From assembly GCF_009914755.1 (NCBI RefSeq), contig NC_060941.1: 64,000 nucleotides of DNA; one strand, given 5' to 3'. The notes under the pieces are model-generated. The model did no database searches. It was given only the letters and a program-made list of their open reading frames with translations, and had not been told where the DNA came from. Of this stretch, positions 53,101-64,000 are shown in pieces; positions within the stretch are counted from its first letter, which is position 1; every line of letters starts with the position of its first letter. A program made the position numbers and the translations under genes. The DNA is from the human T2T-CHM13v2.0 reference genome, Homo sapiens.

Positions 53101-56100
53101 AATGGATTGGAAGAGAAAGGAATAGAAAAGAATGGAATTGGAAGGAACGGAATGGAATGGAATGGAGTCCATTGGAACAGAATGGAATGGAATAGCATCT
53201 AATGGAATGGAATGGAATGGAATGGAAAGGACTTGAATGGAATGGATTGGAGTCCATTGGAACAGAATGGAATGGAATAGCATCGAATGGAATGGAATGG
53301 AAGGGACTTGAATGGAATGGACTCGAATGGAAAAGAATAGAATGCAATGGCATCGAATGTAAACGGATGGAATGGAATGGACCCAAATGTAATAGACTCA
53401 AATGGAATGGACTCAAATACAATGGACTCGAAAGGAATGGTCTCGAATGCAATTTATGCGAATAGAATGGAATCGAATGGAGTGCAATAGTATGGAATGG
53501 GATCGAATGGAATGGAATCAAATGGAATGGAATGGAATGGAATAAAATGGACTGGAATAGAAAGGACTCGAATGTAATGGATTGCAATGTAATTTATTTG
53601 AATGGAATTTAATGGAATGGAATGTAACCAAATGGATTGGAATGGAATGCAATGGAATGGAATTGAATGGAATGCAATGGAATGGAATGGAGTGGAATCG
53701 AGTTGAACGGAATGGAATGGAATGGAATCGAATGGAATGGACTGGAATAGAATGGACTCGAATGGAATGTACTGGAAAAAATGGAATTGAACGGATTACA
53801 ATGGAATGGAATGGAATGGAATGGAATGGAATGGAATGGAATGGACTCAAAAGGAATGGAGTCGAATGGAATGTAATCAATGGAATGAAATGGAATGGAA
53901 TGGAACTGAATGGAATTGAAAGGAATAGAATGGAATGGAGGGTAATGGAAAGATATTGAATGGAATGGATTGGAATTGAATGGACTCAAAAGGAATGCGA
54001 TGGAATGGAATGGAATGGAATAGAATGGAAGGGAATCGGACAGAACGGAATGGAATTGAATGGCATCAAATGGAATAGAATCGAATGGAATGGCTTCCAA
54101 TGGAATGGAAAGGAATGGAATGGAATTGAAAGGAATAGAATGGAATGGAAACGGATGGAATGGAATGGAATGGAGTCGAATGGAATAGAATCGAATGGAA
54201 TGGCATTGAATGGAATGGAATGGACTCGAATGGAATGGAAACGAATGGAATGGATTGGAATGCAAAGGAATAGAATAGAATGGAATCGGATGGAAAAGAA
54301 TGGAATGGAATGGAGTCGATTGGAATAGAATAGAATGGAATGGCATCGAATAGAATGAAATGGAATGGAATGGAATGGAATGGAATGGAATGGAATGGAA
54401 TGGAATGGATTGGAATGGAATGGAATTGAATGGAATGGAATCGAATGAAAAAGAATAGAATGTAATGGCATTGAATGGAATGGGATAGAATGGAATGGAA
54501 TGGAGCCAAATGTAATGGACTCAAATGGAATGTACTCAAATAGAATGGACTCCGAAGGAATGGTATCAAATGGAATTTATTTGAATAGAATGGAATCGAG
54601 TGGAATGCAATTGTATGGAATGGAATTGAATGGAATGCAATTGTATGGAATAGAATCGAATGTAATGGAATTGAATGGAATGGAGTGGAATGGAATGGAT
54701 TAGAATAGAATGGACTCCAATGTAATGCGTTGCAATGTAATTGATTTGAATGGAATGGAATCGAGTGAAATGTAATCAAATGGAATGGAATGGAATGCAG
54801 TGGAATGGAATGGAATGGAATGCAATGGAATAGAAAGGAGTGGAATCGAGTGGAATGGAATCGAAAGAAATGGAATTGAATAGAATGGACTGGAATAAAA
54901 TGGATTCGAATGGAATGGCATGGAATCAAACGGATTGTAATTGAATAGAATGGAAGGGAATGGAATGGAATGGAATGGAGTCGAATGGAATGGAGTTGAA
55001 TAGAATGTAATCGAATGGAATGGAAACGGATGGAATGGAATTGAATGGAATCGAAAGGAATAGAATGGAATGGAGTTTAATGGAAAGATATGGAATGGAA
55101 TGGAATGGAATGGACTCGAATGGAATGGACTGGAATGGAATGGACTTGAATGGCATAGACTGGAGTGGAATGGACTCGAATAGAATGGAAATGAATTTAA
55201 TGGAATGGAATGGAATGAATAGAATGGAATGGAATCGTATGGAATGGAATGGATTGGGTTGGAATCGAATGGATTAGAGTCGATTAGAATGACATCAAAT
55301 GGAAAGGAATGGAATGGAATGGGCTCGAACGGAATGGACTTGAATGGAATAGAATTGAAAACAATGGCATCGAATGGAATGGAAAGGAATACAATGGAAT
55401 GGAATGGAATCGACCAAAATGTAATGGACTCGAATGGAATGGACTCTAATATAATCGACTCAAAAGGAATGGTCTCGAATGGAATTTATTCAAATAGAAT
55501 AGAATCAAATGGAATGTAATAGTGTGGAATGGAAGCGAATGAAATGGAATCAAATGGAATGGAACGGAATGAAATGGACTGGAATAGAATGGACTCGAAT
55601 GTAATGGATTGCAATGTAATTGATTCAAATGGAATGGAATCGAAGGAATAGAATGGAATGGAGACTAATTGAAAGATATCAAATGGAATGGACTGGAATG
55701 GAATAGACTGGAATGGTATGGACTCTAATGGAATCGACTGGAGTGGAATGGACTCCAATGGAATGGAAACTAATGGAATGGAATTAAATGGACTCTAATG
55801 AAATAGAATCGAATGGAATGGCATTGAATGGAATGGAATGGACCAAAATGTAATGGACTCTAATGGAATGTACGCGAATAGAATGGACTCAAAAGGATTG
55901 GATTCGAATGGAAATTATTCTAATAGAATGGAATCAAATCAACTGCAATAGTATGGAATGGAATAGAATGGAATGAAATCAAATGGAATGGATCGGAATG
56001 GAATGGACTGGAATAGAACAGACTCGAATGTAATGGATTGCAATGTAACTGACTCAAATGGAATGGAATAGAATGGAATGTAATAAAATGGAATGGAATA

Positions 56101-59100
56101 CAATGGAATGGAATAAGATGGAATGGAATGAAATCGAATGGAGTCGAATGGAATAGAGTGCAATGGAATGGAATGGACTCGAATGGAATGGCATCGAATG
56201 GAATGGTCTGGAATGAAATGGACTCGAATGGAATGGACTGGAGAGGAATAGACTCAAATGGAATGGAAACGAATGGAATGGAATGGAATGGAATGGAATG
56301 GAATGGAATGGAATCGGATGGAATGGAATGGAATGGAATGCAATCGAATGGAATAGGATCGAATGGAATGTCATCAAATGGACTGGAAGGAAAGGAATGG
56401 ACTCGAATAGAATGGATTCGAATGGAATAGAATCGAAAGAATAGGCATGGAATGGAATGGAATGGAATGGAATGGAATGGAATGGAATGGAATGGAATGG
56501 CATGGAATGGAGTGGAATGTACCCAAATGTATTGGACTCAAATGTAATGGACCCAAATGGAATGGACTCTGAAGAAATGGTGTCGAATGGAACTTATTTG
56601 AATAGAATGGAATCGAATGGAATGCAATAGTATGGAAAGGAATCGAATGGAATGGAATCGAGTGGAATGGAACGGAATGGAATGGATTGGAATAAAACGC
56701 AATAGATTGTAACGGATTGCAATGATATTGATTCGAATGGAATGGAATCTAAAGGAATGGAATCGAATGGAATGGACCAGAATGGAATGGACTGGAATAG
56801 AACGGACTCGAATGAAATGGTTTGCAATGTAATTGATTCGAATGGAATGGAATTGAATGGAATGTATTCAAATGGAATGGAATGGAATGCAATGGAATGG
56901 AATAGAATGGAATGCAATGGAATGGAAAGGATTGGAATTGAGTGGAATGGAATCAAATTGAATGGAATCGAATGGAATGGACCAGAATGGAACGGACTCG
57001 AATGGAATGGACTAGGACAAAATGGAATGGAACGGATTGGAAACGAAAGGAACGGAATGGAATGGAATGAACTTGAATGGAATGGAGTCAAATGGAATGG
57101 AATCAAATGGAATGGAATTGATTGGAATAGAAATAAATAGAATGGAACGGAGCGAAAAGGAAATGTATGGAATGGAATGGAATGGAATGGAATGGAATGG
57201 ACTCGAATGGAATAGACTAGAATGGAACAGACTCGAATGAAATGGACTGGAGAGGAATGGACACGAATGAATGGAAACGAATGGAATGGAATGGAATGGA
57301 AAGGAATAGAATGGAATGGAATTGGATGGAACGGAATGGGATGGAGTGGAATGGAGTCGAATGGAATACAATCAAATGGAATGACATCGAATGGAATGGT
57401 ATGGAATGGAGTGGACTTGAATGGAATGGACTAGAATGGAATAGAATCAAATGCAATGGCATGGAATGGAATGGAATGGAATGGACCCAAATGTAGTGGA
57501 CTCGAATGGAATGGACCCAAATAGAATGGACTCAAAAGGAATGGACTCGAATGGAATTTATTCGACTAGAATGGAATCGAATGGAATGCAGTAGTATGGA
57601 ATGGAATCGAATGGAATGGACCGGAATGGAATGGACAGGAAAAGAAAGGACTCGAATGTAAAAGAATGCAATGTAATAGATTCGAATGGAATGAAATCGA
57701 ATGGAGTGTAATCAAATGGAATGGTATGGAATGCAATGGAATGGAATAAAATGGAATGCAATGGAATGGAACGGAGTGGAATCGAGTGGAATGGAATGGA
57801 TTGGAATGGAATTGAATGGAATGGATTCAAATGGAATGGACTGGAATGGAATGGACTCGAGTGGAATAGACTAGAATGGAATGGACTCGAATGGAATAGA
57901 CAGGAATAAAATGGAATAGAACGGATTGTAATCGAATGGAATGAAATGGAATGGAATGGATAGGAATGGACTCGAATGCAATGGAGTCGAGTACAATGGA
58001 ACCGAATGGAATGGAATCGAATGGAATGCAAGTGAATGGAATCAAAATGAATAGAATGGAATGGGGTGGAATAGAAACATATCGAATGGAATGCAAAGGA
58101 ATGGAATGGACTCGAATGGAAGGGACAGGAATGGAATGGACTCAAATGGAATGGACTGGAGTCAAATGGACTCGAATGGAAAGGGAACGAATGGAATGTA
58201 ATGGAATGGAAAGGAGTAGAATGGAATGGAATCAGATGGAAAAAATGGAATGGCATGGAGTCGATTGGAATTGAATCGAACGGAATGGCATCGAATGGAA
58301 TGTAATCAAATGGAATGGAATGGACTCGAATGGAATGGACTCGAGTGGAATAGAATAGAATGGAATGGCATCGAATGGAATCGAATGGAATGGAATGCAA
58401 TGGACCCAAATGCAATGGACTCGAATGAAATGGAATCAAATTGAATGGACTCGAAAGGAATGGTTTCAAACGGAAATATTCGTATAGAATGGAATCGAAT
58501 GGAATGCAATATTATGGAATAGAATCGAATGTAATGTAATTGAATGGAATGTACCGGAATTGAATGGACTGGAATAAAATGGACTCGAATATAATGGATT
58601 ACAAAGTAATTGATTCGAATGGAATGGAATCAAATGGAATATATTAAAATGGAACGGAATGGAATGCAATGGAATGGAATAGAATGCAATGCAATGGAAA
58701 GGAACGCAGTAGAATCGAGTGGAAGGGAATAGAATGGAATGGAATTGAATGCAATCGACTGGAATGGAAGGGACTCGAATGGAATGGATTGGAACAAAAT
58801 GGAATCGAAGGATTGGAATCGAACGGAACGGAATGGAGTGCCCTGGAATGGAATGGAATCTAAAGGAATGGAATCAGATGAAATGGAATTGAATGGACTT
58901 GAAAGGAATAGAATGGAATGGAGTGTAATGGAAAGATAGCAAATGAAATGGAATGGAAAGGAATGGACTCGAGTGGAATGGACTGGAATGGAATGGACTC
59001 GAATGGAATGGCCTGGAGTGGAATGCACTCGAATGGAACAGACAGGAGTGGAATGGACTCGAATGGAATAGAAACAAATGGAATGGAATGGAATGCAAAG

Positions 59101-62100
59101 GAATAGAAAGGAATGGAATCAGATTTAATGAAATGGAGTGGAATGGAGTCAAATGGAATAGAATTGAATGGAATGGCATCAAATGGAATGGAATGGAATG
59201 GAATGGAATGGAATGGAATGGAATGGAATGGAATGGAATGGAATGGAATGGATTCGAATGGAATGGACTCGAATGGAATAGAATCTAATGGAATGGCATC
59301 ATATGGAATGGAATGGAATGGAGTGGAATGGAATGGAATGGAATGGAATATATCCAAATGTAAAGGACTTGAATGGAATGGACTCAAGCAGAATGAAGAA
59401 GAAAGCAATGGTCTCGAATGGAATTTATTCAAATAGAATGGAATCAAATGGAATGCAATAGCATGGAATGGAATCGAATGGAATGGAATCAAATTGGATG
59501 GACCGGAATGGAGTGGACTGGAATAGAGCAGACTCAAATATTATTGATTGCAAAGTAATTGATTGGAATGGAATGGAATCGAATGGAATGTATTCAAATG
59601 GAAAGGAATGGTATGCAATGGAATGGAATAGAATGGAATGCAATGTATTTGAAAGGAGTGGAATCGAGTGGACTGGAATTGAATCAAATGGAATCAAATG
59701 GAATGGAATCGAATGGAATGGAATTGAATGCAATGGAATTGTACGGAATCTAAAGGAATAGAATGGAATTGACTGTAATGGAAAGATATAGAATGAAACG
59801 GAATGGAATGGAATGGACTCGAATGGAATGAACTGGAAATGAATGGACTCGAATGGAATGGAGTGGAGTGGAATGGACCCGAATGTAATGGAATCGAATG
59901 GAATGTAAAGGAATAGAATGGAATGGAATCTGATGGAACGGATGGAATGGAATGGAGTCGAATGGAATAGAGTCAAAAGGAAAGGCATCAAAGGAATGGA
60001 ATGGAATGGCATCGAATGGAATGGAAACGAGTGGACACAAATGTAATGGACTCGAATGGAATGGACTCAAATAGAATGGACTCGAAAGGAATGGTAACGA
60101 ATGGAATTTATTCAAATAGAATGTAATTGAAAGGAATTCAATAGTATAGAATGGAATGGAATCGAATGGAATGGACCGGAATGAAATGGACTGGAATAGA
60201 ATGGACTCGAATGTAATCGACTGCAAAGTGATTGTTTTCAATGGAATGGAATCAAATGGAATGGAATCAAAAAGGAATGGAATGGAATGCAATGGAATGG
60301 AATAGATTGAAATACAAAACAATTGAATGGAGTGGAATCGAGTGGAATGGAATAGAATGGAATGGATTCGAATGCAATGGACTGGAATGGAATGGACTCG
60401 AATGGAATGGACTGGAACAAAATGGAATTGAAATGATTGGAATCGAATGGAACCGAATAGAATGGAATGGAATGGAATGGACACGAATGGAATGGAGTCA
60501 AATGGAATGGAATCGAATGCATTGGAGTGGAATGGAATGGAATTGAATGGAATCAAAAGAAATAGAATAGAATGAAGTGTAATGGAAAGATATCGAATGG
60601 AATGGAATGAAATGGACTCAAATTTAATAGACTCGAATGTAATGGACCGGAGTGGAATGGACTCGAATGGAATGGAAACGAATGGAATGGAAAGGAATAG
60701 AATGGAATGGAATTGGATGGAACGGAATGGAATGGAATGGAGTCGATATAAACAGAATCTAGTGGAATGACCTCGAATGGAATGGAATGGAATTGAATGG
60801 AATGGACTCGAATGGAATAGAATCGAATGGTATGACATTGAATGGAATGGAATGGAATGGAATTTAATGGACCCAAAAGTAATGGACTCGAACGGAATGG
60901 ACTCAAGTAGAATGGACTCGAAAGGAATGGTCTCGAATGGAATTTATTCAAATAGAATGGATTCGTGTGGTATGCAATAGCATGGAATGAAATCAAAAGG
61001 AATAGAAACGACTGGAATGTATAGGAAGGGAATGGACTAGAATACAACAGACTCGAATGTATTGGATTGCAATGTAATTGATATGAAAGGAATGGAAATG
61101 AATGGAATGTAATCAAATGGAATGGAAAGGTATGGAATGGACTGGAATGGAATGGACTCGCATGGAATGGACTGGAACAAAATGTAATCGAACAGATTGG
61201 AATCGAACGGAACAGAATGCAATGGAATGCAATGGAAGGCACTGGAATGGAATGGAGTTGAATGGAATGGAACCGAATGGAATGGAAACGAATGGAATGG
61301 AATTGAATGGAATGGAAAGGAATAGAATGGAATGGAGTACAAAAGAAAGATATTGAATGGAATGGAATGGAATGGAATGGAATGGACTCGAATGGAATAG
61401 ACTGGAATGGAATGGACTCGAATGGAATGGACTGGAGTGGAATGGACTCTAATGGAACGAAAATGAATGGAATGGACTGGAATGGAAAGGAGTAGAATGG
61501 AATAGATTCGGATGGAATGAAATGGAATGGAATGGAGTCAAATGGAATACAAATGAAAGGAATGGCATTGAATGGATTGGAATGGAATGGAATGGAATGG
61601 AATCGAATGGAATGGACTCAAATGGAATATTATAGAATGGAATGGCATCGAATAGAATGGAATGCAATGTAATTGAATAGAAGGGAATAGACCCAAATGT
61701 AATGGACTCGAATGGAATGGACTCAAATACAATGGACTTGAAAGGAATGGTCTCATATGGAATTTATTCTAATAGAATGGAATCAAATGGAATGCAATAG
61801 TATTGAATGGAATTGAATGGAATGGAATCAAAAGGAATTGACCAGAATTGAATGGACTGGAATAGAACAGAGTCGAATGCAGTGGATTGCAATGTAATTG
61901 ATTCGAATGGAATGGAATCGAATGGAATGTAATCAAATGGAATGGAAAGGAATGCAATGGAAAGGAATAGAATGGAATGCAATGGAATGGAACGGAGTGG
62001 AATCGAGTGGAATGGAATCGAATGGAATGGAATTGAATGGAATGGAATCGAATGGAATGGACTGGAATGGAATGCACTCAAATGGAATGGATTGGAATAA

Positions 62101-64000
62101 AATGGAATCGAACAGGTTGGAATCGAAAGGAACGCAATGGAATGGAATGGAATGGACTCGATTGGAATGCAGTCAAATGGAATGGAATCAAATGGAATGG
62201 AATCAAATAGAACGGAATTGAAAGGAATCGAAAGAATAGAACAAATTTTAGTGTAATGCAAAGATATTGAATGTAATGGAATGGAATGGAATGGACTCGA
62301 ATGGAACAGACTAAAATGGAATGGACTCGAATGGTAGGGTCTGGAGTAGAATGGACTCGAATGGAATGGAAACGAATATAATGGAATGGAATGAAATGGA
62401 AAGGAATAGAATGAAATGTAATCGGATGGAATGGAGTCAAATTGAATGGACTTGAAGGAATAGAATAGAATGGAATGGCATTGAATGGATTGGAATGGAT
62501 TGGAATGGCCTTGATAGGAATGGTCTAGAATGGAATAGAATGGAATGGAATGGACTCGCATGGAATGGACCCAAACGTAGTGGACTCGAATGGAATGGAC
62601 TCAAATAGAATGGATTAAAAAGAAATGGTATCGAATGGAATTTATTCCAATGGAATGGAATCGAATGGAATACAATTGTATGGAATGGAATCGAATACAA
62701 TGGAATCAAATGGAATGGACCGGAATGGAATGGACTGGAATAGAACAGACTCGAATGTAATGCATGGCAATGTAATTAATTTGAATGGAATCGAATGGAA
62801 TGGAGTCAATTGGAATGGAATCTAAAGGAATGGAATCGAATGAAATAGAATTGAACGGAATCGAAAGTACTAGAATGGAATGGAGTGTAATGGAAAGAAA
62901 TCGAATGGAATGGAATGGAGTGGAATGGAATGGAATGGACACGAATGGAATGGACTGGAATGGAATGGACTTCAATGGAATTGGCTGTAGTGGAATTGAC
63001 TCCAATAGAATGGACTGGACTGGAATGGACTCGTATGGAATGGAAATAAGTGGTATGGAATGGAATGGAATGGAATGGAATGGAATGGAATGGAATGGAA
63101 TGGAATGAAACGGAAAGGAATAGAATGGAATGGAATCAGATGAAACAGATTGGAATGGAATGGAGTCGAATGGAATAGAATCGAAAGGAATGGCATCAGA
63201 CGGATTGGAATGGAATGGAATGGAATGGACTCGAATGGAATGGACACGAATGGAATAGAATTGAATGGAATGACATCAAATGGAATGGAATGCAATGGAA
63301 TGGGATGGAATGGAATGGAATGGAATGGAATGGAATGGAATGGAATGTACCCAAATGTAATGGACTCAAATGGAATGGATTCAAATAGAACGGAATCGAA
63401 AGAAAAGGTCTCGAAGGGAATTTAATCGAATAGAATGGAATCAAATGGAATGCAATAGTATGGAATGGAATCGAATGTAATGGAATCAAACGGAAAAGTC
63501 CAGAATGGAATGGACTGGAATAAAACGGACTCGAATGTAATGGATTGCAATCTAATTGATTCGAATGGAATGGAATCCAATGGAAAGGACCGGAATGGAA
63601 TGGGATGGAATAGAACGGATTCGAATGTAATGGATTGCAATGTAATTGATTCGAATGGAATGGAATTGAATGGAATGTAAGAAAATGAAATATGAATGAA
63701 TGAAATAGAATGGAATAGAATGGAATGCAACGGAATGGAATAGAATGCAACTGAGTGGAATGGAATAGAATGGAACTGAGTGGAATGGAATCAAATGCAA
63801 TGGTCTGCAATGCAATGGACTCCAATGGAATGGACTGGAACAAAATGGAATGGAACGGATTGGAATCGAAAGGAACGGAATGGAATGGAATGGAATGGAC
63901 TCGAATGGAATGGAGTCAAATGGAACGGAATCGAATGGAATTGAATCAAATGGTTTGGAATTGATTGGAATCGAAAGGAATATAATGGAAGGGAGTGTTA
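8185..64000 (+). repeat. Satellite III (HSat3) array, (GGAAT)n on +, probably HSat3A-type, diverged ~0.9-kb unit; runs off the window end
   Basis: ~55.8 kb of GGAAT pentamers with variants GGACT, CGAAT, AGAAT, CAAAT and GCAAT, in one orientation, with no transposon insertion seen. I did not see the ATCATC motif typical of HSat2 or the CAACCCGAGT motif of HSat3B-type arrays. The subfamily call is inference. Confidence 0.97.

Noticed and set aside
8221-63964. Hundreds of MEWNG- and IPFHS-repeat ORFs, including the 630-aa ORF at 44466-46358
   Set aside because: Pure (GGAAT)n has no stop codon on either strand. These are direct translations of the pentamer.
8185-64000. CRISPR-like repeat-spacer pattern, or a microbial defence or retroelement system
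   Set aside because: There are no unique spacers and no cas, RT or other enzyme genes. AluY, MIR and L1 show this is primate nuclear DNA.
8185-64000. HSat2, telomeric or alpha-satellite identity; canonical heat-shock elements
   Set aside because: No HSat2-type ATCATC pattern, TTAGGG tracts or 171-bp monomers were seen. The GAA units are mostly direct repeats, not the alternating nGAAnnTTCn arrangement.

Overview
This is primate (human or great ape) pericentromeric or acrocentric-type heterochromatin, not microbial DNA. It has three parts. (1) 1-~1432: a GC/CpG-rich degenerate tandem repeat (minus strand ~GGCGGGGGCAAAAAGCCGCGGC) of the kind described at pericentromeric duplication boundaries. 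(2) ~1440-8184: a patchwork of old L1 fragments, an AluY, several MIRs, a ~120-bp direct repeat and an unprocessed, truncated BSND (barttin) pseudogene consisting of exon 1 and the start of intron 1. (3) ~8185-64000: one uninterrupted, single-orientation satellite III (HSat3, (GGAAT)n on +) array with a diverged ~0.9-kb unit, a local ~1.8-kb dimer period, several small tandem duplications and two odd micro-insertions. I find no intact protein-coding gene; nearly all ORF-track entries are artefacts of repeats that lack stop codons. I see no evidence of a novel multi-gene system. The points worth following up are structural and evolutionary. Coordinates of old repeats are approximate, and family calls come from recalled consensus sequences, not database searches.
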